64,000 bases of DNA from Candidatus Aenigmatarchaeota archaeon (GTDB taxonomy: Archaea > Aenigmatarchaeota > Aenigmatarchaeia > QMZP01 > JAFGSV01). The position numbers were made by a program, and so were the translations under genes. The DNA lies in assembly GCA_016931255.1 (NCBI GenBank), contig JAFGFG010000005.1:7053-71052 (forward strand), given 5' to 3'. The stretch's first letter is position 1. Each line of letters opens with the position of its first letter. Below are positions 31,114 to 41,188 of this stretch, piece after piece. The notes below the pieces were generated by a model. The model worked only from the letters and a program-made list of their open reading frames with translations, was not told the origin of the DNA and made no database searches.

Positions 31114-33957
31114 TTAAGCCTTACTGAAGTCGAAAACCATCTCAGCCTTCTCAAACATGACCGAGCCCTTTCCGTCGCCTTTGACTTCGCCGAAATGAAC
31201 TGCTTTCCCACCGACTCCGAGAAGAAGCTCATTCTCCTGCTTCCTGAGAATTTCCATGGTTTTCTTGTCAGAAGAAATCCACAATTCAATCTTGTCGTGA
31301 ACCATAAGCTTCTCCGTCTTTCTGGCTATCTGCACGTTCCTGCAGAATTCCCTGAGAAGCGCCTCGTCCATGAGCACTTCCCCGAGTGCGAGCGTGCCCT
31401 TCGGGAATTCCCTGCCTTTTGCCGGCTTTCTGGTGACAACAGATACATTCTTGACATTTGCCATCTCTTTTATGACACCACTGAAGTTCCTGATGGCTGT
31501 AGCACCATCCTTGTCTGTCTTGACTATCAGTTCCCTGAGCGGCCACCTGAGCTTTATTGACTTTTCGTGCCTGAGGGCATTCGATGACTCAACGAGGTCC
31601 TTGACTATGTCCATGCCGTCCTCAAGTTCTGTATTCATCAGCTTCCTGTCAGGCTGAGGCCACAGCTGAAGGTGAACGGATTCCTTTCCATAAAGGTCCT
31701 TGTATACGTGGTCTGCCACATACGGCGTTATAGGAGCCATTATCTTCAGCAGGTTCTCCAGAACATAGTTGAGCGTGTATACAGCAGCGTCCTTGTCCTT
31801 TCCGGTGTACCACGGATTGACCCTGTTGCGGATTATCTTTATGTAATTCCTTGAGAAGTCCTCGAGTATGAATTCCCTTATTCCCTGAACGAGCCTGTGC
31901 ATCTCAAACCCTTTGACTTCATCCTGTTTCGCGGAGAGGCTGTTTATCCTGCTTATTATCCACTTGTCCTCGGCATTCAGCGCAGGCTTTTTGGCAACTT
32001 TCCTGTCAGCGTACATCTTTATGAAAGAGTATGTGTTCCAGAAGACTGTGAACATTCTTGTTGTCTCCTTTATGTCGTTCCAGCTGAAGTAGAAGTCATT
32101 CCACAGCGGGCTTGAAAGCAGGTAGAATCTGAGCGCGTCCCTTCCATGCTTGTTAAGTATCTCATCAGGGTCTATGAAATTTCCCTTGGACTTCGAGAGC
32201 TTTATACCTTTCACATCCATCACGAATCCGTGCATCATGACATTTTTGAATGGTGTCTTGCCGAATGTCAGGACGCTTGTTATCATCTGGCTGTTCCACC
32301 AGCCCCTGAACTGGTCGGGGCCTTCTGTCTGGAATGATGAAGGCCACATGCTCTCGAAAAGCTCCTTCTTTCTCGGGTATTCGAGGGATGCCCATGTGCA
32401 CACACCTGAATCGAACCATACATCAAGGACATCCGGAACCCTGCTTACGGATTTTCCGCAGTCCGGACATTTCAGCTTAACATCATCTATCGCAGGCCTG
32501 TGGAAGTCTATTTCCTTCTTCAGGCCGCCTTTATTCTTAAGCTCTTTGTACGAGCCTATGACCTGTATGTTGCCGCAGCCGCATTCCCATATCGGCAGCG
32601 GGATGCCCCAGTATCTTTGCCTTGATATTGGCCAGTCGCCGAGGTTCTCAAGCCAGTCGTTGAAGCGGTCGCCTGCCCATTTAGGCATCCATTTGACTTT
32701 CCTGTTCTCGCTGAGCAGTGTGTTCCTGGCAGCTGTCACCCTGAAGAACCACTGGTCAACACCGACCTGCAGGAGCGGAGCACTGTCCCTCCAGCATATG
32801 GGGTAATCGTGTGTATAAGGGTGCTTGTATACGAGCATGTCATCATTCTGGAGGTCTTCTATTATCTCGGCATCGACAACCCTTGCCTTTTTTCCTGCGT
32901 ATTTGCCGGTTTCAGGTCCGAGCTTTCCGCTGACATCAACAGGGCATACTGCCGGAAGCCCCTGCTTTGTGCCCTCGTCGAAGTCCTCCTTGCCGTGTCC
33001 GGGGGCTGTATGGACAAGTCCTGTGCCGTCTTCAAGATGCACATACCTGTCTGAGAGAATGACCCTGTGAGCATCCTTCATCCTGGGCATCTTCATATGT
33101 TTTTCCAGAGGCGCATCGTACCTGATGCCCTCCAGTTCCTTACCCGGGAATGTCCTGACAAGCTTATAGCCCGCCTCTATGGCTTCCATGATGGGCTGTA
33201 TCCTTTCTTCCGCGATTATCCATGTCTCGCCGTTGCTCATCTCCACTTCCGCGTATTTGAACTTCGGATGAACCATCACGCCGGTGTTTCCGGGAAGCGT
33301 CCATGGGGTTGTGGTCCATATAATCAGGAACTTCTTCCTGTCATCTTTCAGCCGGAATTTAACATAAACAGCGCTGTCTGTCTGCTTGGTGTACTCTATT
33401 TCGTTGTATGCGACAACTGTTTCGCATCTGGGGCATACGTGCACGGGATACTTGCCCTTGTAAAGGTAACCGTTTTCAAAGGATTTCTTGAATGTATGCC
33501 ATGCGCCTTCTATGTACTGGTTGTCAAGCGTCAGGTAAGGCCTTTTCCAGTCCATCCAGACACCCAGATTGGAGAACTGGTCATTCATCACGCCTATGTA
33601 CTTCGTGGCGAATTCACGGCACTTTTTGATGAATTTGTCTATTCCATAGTCCTCTATATCCTTCTTGGATGAGAACCCAAGGTTCTTTTCGACCTTTGTC
33701 TCTATCGGCGTCCCGTGCGTATCATACCCAGGCTGGTCCCACACGTTTTCCCCAAGCATCCTGTGGAACCTGAGGAAAGAGTCCTTGATTATCTTGTTCC
33801 ATGCGGTTCCCATGTGTATCGAACCCGTTGCGTACGGCGGCCCGTCTATGAAGTAGAAGCGCTTGCCTTTTGCCCTTGCCTTTCTGAGCTTCTCGTATGT
33901 TCCGTCCTTCTTCCAGAAGTCTGTTATTTCATTTTCTATATCCGCAAAGCTGTACAT
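31114..33957 (-). CDS. ileS: isoleucine--tRNA ligase
   Basis: DGPPYATG..HMGT, WTTTPWTLP, GTGLVH, ISRQRYWG, KLSKS. Confidence 0.97.
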   Translation of the reverse strand: MYSFADIENEITDFWKKDGTYEKLRKARAKGKRFYFIDGPPYATGSIHMGTAWNKIIKDSFLRFHRMLGENVWDQPGYDTHGTPIETKVEKNLGFSSKKDIEDYGIDKFIKKCREFATKYIGVMNDQFSNLGVWMDWKRPYLTLDNQYIEGAWHTFKKSFENGYLYKGKYPVHVCPRCETVVAYNEIEYTKQTDSAVYVKFRLKDDRKKFLIIWTTTPWTLPGNTGVMVHPKFKYAEVEMSNGETWIIAEERIQPIMEAIEAGYKLVRTFPGKELEGIRYDAPLEKHMKMPRMKDAHRVILSDRYVHLEDGTGLVHTAPGHGKEDFDEGTKQGLPAVCPVDVSGKLGPETGKYAGKKARVVDAEIIEDLQNDDMLVYKHPYTHDYPICWRDSAPLLQVGVDQWFFRVTAARNTLLSENRKVKWMPKWAGDRFNDWLENLGDWPISRQRYWGIPLPIWECGCGNIQVIGSYKELKNKGGLKKEIDFHRPAIDDVKLKCPDCGKSVSRVPDVLDVWFDSGVCTWASLEYPRKKELFESMWPSSFQTEGPDQFRGWWNSQMITSVLTFGKTPFKNVMMHGFVMDVKGIKLSKSKGNFIDPDEILNKHGRDALRFYLLSSPLWNDFYFSWNDIKETTRMFTVFWNTYSFIKMYADRKVAKKPALNAEDKWIISRINSLSAKQDEVKGFEMHRLVQGIREFILEDFSRNYIKIIRNRVNPWYTGKDKDAAVYTLNYVLENLLKIMAPITPYVADHVYKDLYGKESVHLQLWPQPDRKLMNTELEDGMDIVKDLVESSNALRHEKSIKLRWPLRELIVKTDKDGATAIRNFSGVIKEMANVKNVSVVTRKPAKGREFPKGTLALGEVLMDEALLREFCRNVQIARKTEKLMVHDKIELWISSDKKTMEILRKQENELLLGVGGKAVHFGEVKGDGKGSVMFEKAEMVFDFSKA

Positions 33958-33960
33958 CGC

Positions 33961-35520
33961 CTAACCACCATTCTTAAGTAAATAATAATTGTAGCCTTTT
34001 ATTAAAGCGTCCCTGCTGGCTTTTATTATATCGTCAGAAGCACCGGAAGTTGACCACGACTTGTCTCCTGCCCTGAATTCTATGAAGACCTCGACTATTG
34101 CTGCAGTGGCCTTGTCCTGGTTTATTATCCTCACCCTGTAATTTGTGAGCTTCAGGTTGTCCACGCTGAATTTCTTGGAGAGGGCTTTTCTAAGAGCCAC
34201 GTCAAGTGAATGGACCGGCCCCACGCCTTCCGCTATCTCATGGAAAGTGTCATTCCCTACTGACACCTTCACCTCGGTCTTTGCCACACCCTTAGAGGAT
34301 ACGGCAGTCTCGTAGCTGACAAGGCTGAATGCGTCTTTTTTCCGGTTTATCTTCTCTGAAAGCATGAGGAACAGCTCAGCATCGGTCGTGACTTCTCCCC
34401 TGTTCATGACTTCCATCATTTCAATAATAAGTGGGTCGTTTTTCCCAAGGCTGTAGCCGTGTCTTCCCGCAGCGTCCACGATGCCTGATCTTCCTGACTG
34501 CTCTGATAGGCTGAACAGCCTGCTGTTTCCGACATCGTCCGGATTCATGTGCTCGTAAGCCCTGGAATTCTTGAGCATCGCATCTATATGCACGCCTCCT
34601 TTATGGCTGAATGCATTGGCTCCTATGAAAGGCTTGTTCTTCGCCAGGCTGAATCCTGTCATCCGGACAATGTATCTGGATAGGCTGAAAAGCTTTTTCA
34701 TGTCAATGTCAAGTTTCATCCCGAGCTTGATGCCTGTCAATGGGAGGAACTCGCACCAGTCCATGTTACCGCACCTTTCTCCGAGCCCGTTCATGGTTCC
34801 CTGAACATGGAATGCGCTGTTACGCATCGCAGAGAGCGTATTCATAACAGCCATGCCTGTGTCATTATGCATGTGCACGCCGATTTCACTGGAAACTGCT
34901 TTGCTTACTGCGCATGATATCTTTTCGATTTCCCATGGCATCGACCCCCCGTTGGTGTCGCAGAGGACCAGGGCTTCAGCTGATTTGGCGGCATCCAGGA
35001 CTTTGAGCGCGTAATCCGGATTCGCCTTGTATCCGTCGAAGAAATGCTCCGCATCAAAGAACACCCTGAAATCATGCGATTTGAGATACTCTATCGTATC
35101 GCTGACCATCCTGAGGTTTTTGTCTGGCGACATCCTCAGTACATCCTTGACATGTAGGTCCCATGACTTCCCGAATACTGTTATTACATCGGCTTCCGTC
35201 TTCAGAAGGTCGTCTATTTTCTTGTCCTTTCCAGGACTGGGACTTGTCATTCCGAATACAGCGGATTTAGCCTTCAGTCCCATGCCCTTGACATTTTCGA
35301 AATATTTCTTGTCCCTGGGATTGGATGAAGGCCATCCGGCTTCTATATAATCAAAACCAAAATCAGAAAGCTTACCGCTTATTGACAGCTTGTCATCAAG
35401 GCTGAATTTAAGGCCATGCGTCTGGGCACCGTCCCTGAGCGTGGTATCATAAAGAATCAGTTTTTTCGCATTTTTTGGGCTGATAAAATCTGTTACTTCA
35501 TTCCAGGATCCGGCATTCAC
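33961..35520 (-). CDS. cimA: citramalate synthase (LeuA/CimA family)
   Basis: DTTLRDG, FGKSWDLHV, DAEHFFDG, HMHND, GERCGN; LeuA-type allosteric C-terminus. Confidence 0.85.
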   Translation of the reverse strand: MNAGSWNEVTDFISPKNAKKLILYDTTLRDGAQTHGLKFSLDDKLSISGKLSDFGFDYIEAGWPSSNPRDKKYFENVKGMGLKAKSAVFGMTSPSPGKDKKIDDLLKTEADVITVFGKSWDLHVKDVLRMSPDKNLRMVSDTIEYLKSHDFRVFFDAEHFFDGYKANPDYALKVLDAAKSAEALVLCDTNGGSMPWEIEKISCAVSKAVSSEIGVHMHNDTGMAVMNTLSAMRNSAFHVQGTMNGLGERCGNMDWCEFLPLTGIKLGMKLDIDMKKLFSLSRYIVRMTGFSLAKNKPFIGANAFSHKGGVHIDAMLKNSRAYEHMNPDDVGNSRLFSLSEQSGRSGIVDAAGRHGYSLGKNDPLIIEMMEVMNRGEVTTDAELFLMLSEKINRKKDAFSLVSYETAVSSKGVAKTEVKVSVGNDTFHEIAEGVGPVHSLDVALRKALSKKFSVDNLKLTNYRVRIINQDKATAAIVEVFIEFRAGDKSWSTSGASDDIIKASRDALIKGYNYYLLKNGG

Positions 35521-35574
35521 CCTTCATATCAGCACCTAAACTAGTTATGTGGACATTCATTTAAAAATAAAAAG

Positions 35575-35825
35575 CGCCGAGGGCAGGATTTCCAGAACCG
35601 CGCGGAAGCGTACTTTCCGCGAACGCTTTAGCGTGTTTACCTTCGCTAAAGGGCTCATTTGAACCTGCACGTCCGTAAGGACACCAGATATCTCGTCATT
35701 TCCGCCGCCCTTCGTAAGAAGGATTGATCGGAGTCAAGCCATACAATCATCTCCGGAGCCTTACGGTCCGGATCTTTATATCTGGTTTCAAGTCTGGCGC
35801 ATTAGCCAGGTTCTGCCACCTCGGC
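35575..35825 (-). tRNA. tRNA-Ser(UGA) with two introns (37/38: 35690-35786; T-loop 59/60: 35589-35657)
   Basis: Acceptor GCCGAGG/CCTCGGC; anticodon stem CCAGA/TCTGG with TGA; long variable arm; T stem GCAGG/CCTGC; BHB-like junctions. Confidence 0.85.
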
Positions 35826-35861
35826 ATGTGTCTTTATTTGCAGCTTTTTATTTAAAAAGGG

Positions 35862-36068
35862 TTACAGCTTGTCTGTATGCACGAAACCCGCTTTCCTGGC
35901 CTTATCAAGCTTCCATGTGTCTTCTATCAGCATATCCGGGACATTCCCGTCAAGAACAGGATACGCAAGCCCGCACCTGCTGCATGTTATGAACATGTTC
36001 TCTTCTTTCACGTTGCCTTTGCATTTCGGGCATGCAAGCACGTTTTTCAGATGTTCTGAAATTGCCAT
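35862..36068 (-). CDS. Trm112-family methyltransferase activator
   Basis: LACPKCKG...CSRC..YPV..VPDML. Confidence 0.85.
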   Translation of the reverse strand: MAISEHLKNVLACPKCKGNVKEENMFITCSRCGLAYPVLDGNVPDMLIEDTWKLDKARKAGFVHTDKL

Positions 36069-36097
36069 AAATACCTTTAGGCTGTTTAATATAAAAA

Positions 36098-36922
36098 TTA
36101 CAGGAACACGCGGTCAGTCCTTGCCACAGTGTCGCCGTTCTTGATGTATCTCGCAAGGCAGACGAGTTTCCCTTCCTCGCTGAAAACCGTTATGCAGCTT
36201 CCTTCCTCGACGTTGCCTGACGCTCCTGTTATGTCATCTTTTCTGACAGGCGCGCCGTTCATTATCTTGCTTACCGAATCGTTCTTTATGGTGAGCGAGG
36301 GAATTTTCAGCCTTCTCAGAGCATCCTCAATCGGTATCAGAAGGCCTCTGAGTTTGTCCTCGGGCATATCTTTTAGAGAGTCAGGAGAGACGCTGTGCTC
36401 TGTGCTGAAGGGCCCGACCTTCGTTCTCCTAAGCTCAGACAGGTGGGCTCCTGTTCCCATCTTCTCCCCCGCGTCATGCGCTATCTTCCGCATGTAGGTC
36501 CCGGCTTCGCATAATACCCTGAACCGGACATTTCGCTCATTCTTGTCGATGAGCTCTATCTCGAATACCTCTCTTACCCTTTCTTTTCTGGCCACAGCAG
36601 ACCTGACAGGCGGCATCTGGGTTATCTTTCCCTGAAATTCGTTGAGCGCTTTCTCCACGGTTTCCTTCCCGACATCTTCGTGTATGCTCATGGTTCCGAT
36701 ATATTCCTTGTGCATTCCCGTGAGAACAGACATGGCTTTTCTGGCTTCTCCGAGGGCTATCACCATAAGCCCCGTTGCATTGGGGTCCAGAGTGCCCGTA
36801 TGCCCGGCCTTTTTGACATCCAGCGCTTTTGATACAGCCTCGACTATGTCGAATGATGTCGGCCCCTTGGGCTTGTCTATCAGTATGACAGACCTGTTAA
36901 GAAGCTCATGCAAATCCTTCAT
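36098..36922 (-). CDS. cbf5: pseudouridine synthase Cbf5/TruB with PUA domain
   Basis: DKPKGPTS, GHTGTLDP, CEAGTYMR, ELRRT; PUA C-terminus. Confidence 0.93.
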   Translation of the reverse strand: MKDLHELLNRSVILIDKPKGPTSFDIVEAVSKALDVKKAGHTGTLDPNATGLMVIALGEARKAMSVLTGMHKEYIGTMSIHEDVGKETVEKALNEFQGKITQMPPVRSAVARKERVREVFEIELIDKNERNVRFRVLCEAGTYMRKIAHDAGEKMGTGAHLSELRRTKVGPFSTEHSVSPDSLKDMPEDKLRGLLIPIEDALRRLKIPSLTIKNDSVSKIMNGAPVRKDDITGASGNVEEGSCITVFSEEGKLVCLARYIKNGDTVARTDRVFL

Positions 36923-36996
36923 AATCTTATTGCGGAAACATCGGTTAAAAGCCTTACATGGCTTTCAGTTTTTAACAAGCTTTCCAAATTAGATAT

Positions 36997-37788
36997 ATGG
37001 AAGTCCAGAGCTTCGAAAGGGAAATTGAAAGGACATGCAGGAAATGCTTCACCATATATGATTTCACGCGCGACTACTGCTGCGCAAAGAGCAAGGATGA
37101 ATGCTTCGCTGACATCGAGCTTGTCAAAAAGGGCATAGTCCAGGATGAGGCAACAGCCGAGAAGCTGTATATGAACAAGGCAATCGACTACAATGGAAGA
37201 CTGGTGAAGAAGTCGTTCTTCCGGGGCGCTCTCAGGAATGAGTGCCTTGTCTTCAAGTACAGGCCGCCTGGATGCAGGTCGCATTTCTGCTGGAGATGGA
37301 ACAAGTACATAGAGAAGAATCCAAGGGACTTCATTTACGCCAATCTCAATGTGACATCCCTTAACCGGTTCCTTAAGGAGCTTCATGATGAATACGTCTA
37401 CGGTGTCAGGCTGGCTTATCCCGGAGGCATCATAATATACACATACGACGAGAAGATAGCGACAGTAAGGAAGGCCATAGAGAAGCAGCTGGACTCCATG
37501 AAGATAAAGCACTTCAGGACGAATGCCCATCTCATGGAACCGGAAAAGAACGAGAAAGAGGGAGTTGAGATAATAGTCGACGACGAGGCAGTGATTGAGA
37601 AGACACGGGTGTTCAGCACTCTTTTGAAGAATAACATGTTCATGCTCGTGAGAATGAAGATGAACCTAGGCTCCACAGGGCACAATCATTCCAACATACT
37701 CATAACCAATGCTGACTTCAGCAAGCTGGCTGACGAGACCCCGGCGTCACTGAAGTCTTTCCACGCGCTAAAGGCATACCGGATATAG
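36997..37788 (+). CDS. hypothetical protein with a YkgJ-like Cys-cluster N-terminal domain
   Basis: CxxC..CC and CLVFKYRPPGCRSHFC. Confidence 0.55.
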   Translation: MEVQSFEREIERTCRKCFTIYDFTRDYCCAKSKDECFADIELVKKGIVQDEATAEKLYMNKAIDYNGRLVKKSFFRGALRNECLVFKYRPPGCRSHFCWRWNKYIEKNPRDFIYANLNVTSLNRFLKELHDEYVYGVRLAYPGGIIIYTYDEKIATVRKAIEKQLDSMKIKHFRTNAHLMEPEKNEKEGVEIIVDDEAVIEKTRVFSTLLKNNMFMLVRMKMNLGSTGHNHSNILITNADFSKLADETPASLKSFHALKAYRI

Positions 37789-37835
37789 AAACATATTTAA
37801 AAGGTGTGCGCAATGTAAATTAAGAAGTGATGTAA

Positions 37836-38012
37836 ATGCCAAAACACAAATTTGAAGAAGCTGAATCAAGGCTTTTTCACAGGATGTTCATATGCATGAA
37901 GTGCGGAGCCAGGAATCGTTCGGACCTTCTCAAGGTCAGGCTCGGCAAGGTCAAATGCAGGCAGTGCAAGGCAAAGCAGCTTAGGCCTAAGCACAAGGAC
38001 AGTAAGGCTTGA
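37836..38012 (+). CDS. rpl40e: 50S ribosomal protein L40e (not in ORF track)
   Basis: KFEEAESRL..ICMKCGARN...KCRQC..KQLRPK; 58 aa. Confidence 0.9.
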   Translation: MPKHKFEEAESRLFHRMFICMKCGARNRSDLLKVRLGKVKCRQCKAKQLRPKHKDSKA

Positions 38013-38021
38013 GGTTATTTC

Positions 38022-38897
38022 ATGTGGTCGTGGTTTGACATAATCAGACCCCTTAACTGTGCGTTATCAGCTTTCGGGGTAATCATAGGCGCATTTCTTG
38101 TCTCTCCTGTGTTAACGCCATCCCTGCTTCTCGCAGCTCTTGTGGTTTTTCTTCTGACAGGTGCCGGAAACACGGTCAACGACATAACGGACATAAGCTC
38201 TGACAGGATAAACCGTCCTGTAAGGCCGCTTCCGTCAGGAAGGGTTTCAAAGCGCAATGCGACGATATTCACAGCAGTGCTCTTCGTGTCAGGCATTCTT
38301 CTTTCATTGCTGCTGAACAACGTGCTGTGCTTTGCCATAGCTCTTCTCAACACACTGCTTCTGATAGCCTATTCAACGCATTTCCAGAACAAGGTCATCC
38401 TTGGAAATGTGGCTGTTGCGTACCTCGGGAGCTCGGTATTCCTTTTCGGGGGGGCTGCAGCCGGCAACATATCGCTTTCGCTTTTGCTGATGTCCCTGGC
38501 AGGGCTTGCGACATTCGCAAGGGAGATAGTCAAGGACCTCGAGGACCTTGAGGGTGACAGGCAGTCTTTCATAAAGAAGATGGCCTTCCGTGTCAAGGAA
38601 TCATTCGGCGACCGGTTTCGTGTCAGCAGGTCCGGCATAAAGCTCAGATACAAGACAATCTATGCGATACTCTTTGCATCTTTCAGCATATGGCTTGCAG
38701 TCGTGGCCTCGGTCATCCCGTATATCTGGGGCCTGCTCAGCGAAGCCTATGTTTTCCTTCTTGTCCCGACAGACGCCGTGCTCGTACTGTCATCGATAAT
38801 CCTGATAAGAAAAAGAAACTACCGCCTTGTCAGCAAGCTCCTCAAGGCAGGCATGTATCTGGGCATGGCTGCGTTCCTTGTCGGCGCAATTTTATGA
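38022..38897 (+). CDS. UbiA-family prenyltransferase, digeranylgeranylglyceryl-phosphate synthase
   Basis: IIRPLNC, NDITDISSDRINRPVRPLPSG, REIVKDLEDLEGD. Confidence 0.85.
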   Translation: MWSWFDIIRPLNCALSAFGVIIGAFLVSPVLTPSLLLAALVVFLLTGAGNTVNDITDISSDRINRPVRPLPSGRVSKRNATIFTAVLFVSGILLSLLLNNVLCFAIALLNTLLLIAYSTHFQNKVILGNVAVAYLGSSVFLFGGAAAGNISLSLLLMSLAGLATFAREIVKDLEDLEGDRQSFIKKMAFRVKESFGDRFRVSRSGIKLRYKTIYAILFASFSIWLAVVASVIPYIWGLLSEAYVFLLVPTDAVLVLSSIILIRKRNYRLVSKLLKAGMYLGMAAFLVGAIL

Positions 38898-38928
38898 AGT
38901 TATTTAAGGTGCTGGGTCAATTCAGATT

Positions 38929-39231
38929 ATGAGACAATTCAAGTACGTAACCAACAGGACACTCAGAAACAAAGCTGAAGAAGATAAGGGAAGGATAAAG
39001 GTTCTTGTCCCTCTGGATTCTGACACTGCTCAGGTAGACTACATATGCCCTGAATGCGGGCATTCGGAGCACACTGAGCAGGAATGGATAAGGCCTTTTA
39101 TCGTAAAGTGCTCCAATTGCAGCATATCCATGAAGATACCCAAGCTCAAGGAAGAAATAAAGAAAGAGAAAGACAGGGAAAAGCGAAAGGCAAAGCTTCT
39201 TGAGAAGAAGAATGCAAAGCAGAATCAGTAG
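38929..39231 (+). CDS. zinc-ribbon protein
   Basis: CPECGH...CSNC and a basic C-terminal tail. Confidence 0.7.
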   Translation: MRQFKYVTNRTLRNKAEEDKGRIKVLVPLDSDTAQVDYICPECGHSEHTEQEWIRPFIVKCSNCSISMKIPKLKEEIKKEKDREKRKAKLLEKKNAKQNQ

Positions 39232-40229
39232 TCATATTATATAGACATATATGTTTTCGGACCGCAGTTTCATACGCAAAAAAGTGCCCCCCTTGCCAGA
39301 GGCTCGGAGGTGTTAGATTGGGTGCGAAAAAAAAATAGTGAAAAAATAGTATGGATGTATATGAATAAACATACTATTACAGACATATAATATCACTATA
39401 GATATCGGTTTCAAGTTATTTTTCCAGCGATTTTGTTAAAATATTCAGTATCACAGAAACAGGAAAATCATTTATGATATTTATGAAAAATTATTTTTAT
39501 ACGTTATCAACTGTCATTTTCACTTGATTTTTCAGCTTATTTTTTACCTCTGAAAATAACCAGCCAAAAACAAGGATTTCTATTACCAGGAGAAATTGAA
39601 ATGCAGCCATAAGCCCGGGTGCGAATCATGCCTCATGATATAGCGGTTTCAGTGAGATTTTCCAGGCATATGAGGTTCAATAAAAATCTTCCGGGATTTC
39701 TTCCATTACCAGAGGTTATAAAATGAAAAGCAGTTATGAAAACGCGGTTTTTGAAGGACATTTTATGAAAAAATCCCGGATTTTCTGAAGTTTTAATGAA
39801 TGTTTAACATTCTTTTTCCGTACGTGCTAATACCGCTGTAATAGTATAGACCCACAGTCAGTGTTTTTCCCTCTTTGTCATTCCCGGTGTTTTCAAGTAT
39901 ATGTTTCTGCGGAGGTCTGATTGGGCAGTCTCATAACCTGATATTGAAGACATGATTTTCATTTGCTTTTTTGGTTCTTCTCCCAGAATTCAGAACAGAC
40001 CCTATGCATTTCCGGACAGCTGCCCTGGAAATCCCGGAAATGCCATGATATGACGATTGTCATATTTCTGGACTTTTAAAAACCATTGAAAGTTCCGACA
40101 GCTATTATACTGACGTAAATGCTATTATTCGGCAGTAATAATGGCTATTCCTTCAGGGAATTGAAAGATGAGCATATATTTTTAAGGCGCCTAACCAAAT
40201 AAGCTAAATCAGAATGGAGGTATGAAATA
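39232..40229. other. ~1 kb AT-rich non-coding region with iterated motifs (oriC or regulatory candidate)
   Basis: No credible ORF; repeated AAATCCCGGA, ATTACCAG and TTATGAAAA. Confidence 0.4.
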
Positions 40230-40796
40230 ATGGAAAACAAAATCGCGAATCCTGCACCGCTTGGGCTGATGGGCTTCGGCATGACTACAGTCCTGCTGAA
40301 TATCCACAATGCAGGCTTCTTTGCGCTCGGCACGATGATACTCGCAATGGGCATCTTCTACGGCGGAATAGCGCAGGTAATTGCAGGGATTCTTGAGTTC
40401 AGAAAGAACAACACCTTCGGAGCTACAGCCTTCACATCATACGGACTCTTCTGGCTTACGTTCGTGTATCTCGTAACTGCACCTCTTGCAGGCCTCGGCA
40501 CAGCACCGGGAACAACTGCTCTTGGGTTCTACCTGTTCATGTGGGGCGTTTTCACGTTCTTCATGTTCTTCGGCACGCTCAAGTCCAACAGGGCGCTCCA
40601 GTTCATCTTCGGGTCACTGGCAGTGCTGTTCTTCATGCTGGCAATCGGAGACTTTACAGGAATCCAGATAATCAAGACACTGGCAGGATACGAGGGCATA
40701 ATATGCGGATCGTCGACAATATATCTGGCAATGGCTGAGGTTCTGAATGAATCCTACGGAAGGGAAGTACTGCCCATAGGCACACCCAAGAAATGA
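40230..40796 (+). CDS. satP: acetate uptake transporter (SatP/GPR1/YaaH family)
   Basis: [25 protein letters not shown]. Confidence 0.95.
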   Translation: MENKIANPAPLGLMGFGMTTVLLNIHNAGFFALGTMILAMGIFYGGIAQVIAGILEFRKNNTFGATAFTSYGLFWLTFVYLVTAPLAGLGTAPGTTALGFYLFMWGVFTFFMFFGTLKSNRALQFIFGSLAVLFFMLAIGDFTGIQIIKTLAGYEGIICGSSTIYLAMAEVLNESYGREVLPIGTPKK

Positions 40797-40818
40797 GGGC
40801 AGCTTCCAGCTTTCTTTT

Positions 40819-41184
40819 TTATCCTGAAAACGGAAGGTTTATGCCAAGCGCTCCGCTGGACTCCGGGAACATCGTGTAGAATGTGTCAACTATGTTCACG
40901 GAGACATATATCAGCGCAATGAAGAGCAGCACGAATACAAACAGCGCTATTATGAGTTTTTTCGAGACACCGCCGCTTTTCTTCTCTTTTGCGGGCTGTG
41001 CCTGCTGTGGGGGCACATTCCGCGGCTGAGCCACAGGCAACTGGGATGATCCTCCCATAAGAATTGCCTGATTTATCTCCTCTTCCGGCCACTGCTTCTC
41101 CCTGAGGGCGGCTTTCACATCCTCTACGTTCATGCCTCTTCTCAGGCTGTCCTTCACATAATTTACGATGCCTTCATCTACCAT
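40819..41184 (-). CDS. membrane protein with a small helical N-terminal domain
   Basis: YVKDSLRRG..L.EKQW.EEEI, Pro/Gln linker, TM helix. Confidence 0.7.
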   Translation of the reverse strand: MVDEGIVNYVKDSLRRGMNVEDVKAALREKQWPEEEINQAILMGGSSQLPVAQPRNVPPQQAQPAKEKKSGGVSKKLIIALFVFVLLFIALIYVSVNIVDTFYTMFPESSGALGINLPFSG

Positions 41185-41188
41185 ATAA

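Noticed and set aside
31114-33957. IleRS HMGT and KLSKS motif variants
   Set aside because: HxGT is usual in archaeal IleRS; there is no sign of a resistance-type motif.
35520-35540. RBS-preceded ATG at 35527 out of frame with cimA
   Set aside because: An in-frame GTG at 35520 is available, so a frameshift cannot be supported.
39283-39325. GC-rich GTGCCCCCCTTGCC patch resembling an RNase P/SRP RNA end or tRNA remnant
   Set aside because: No partner strand or conserved core was found nearby.
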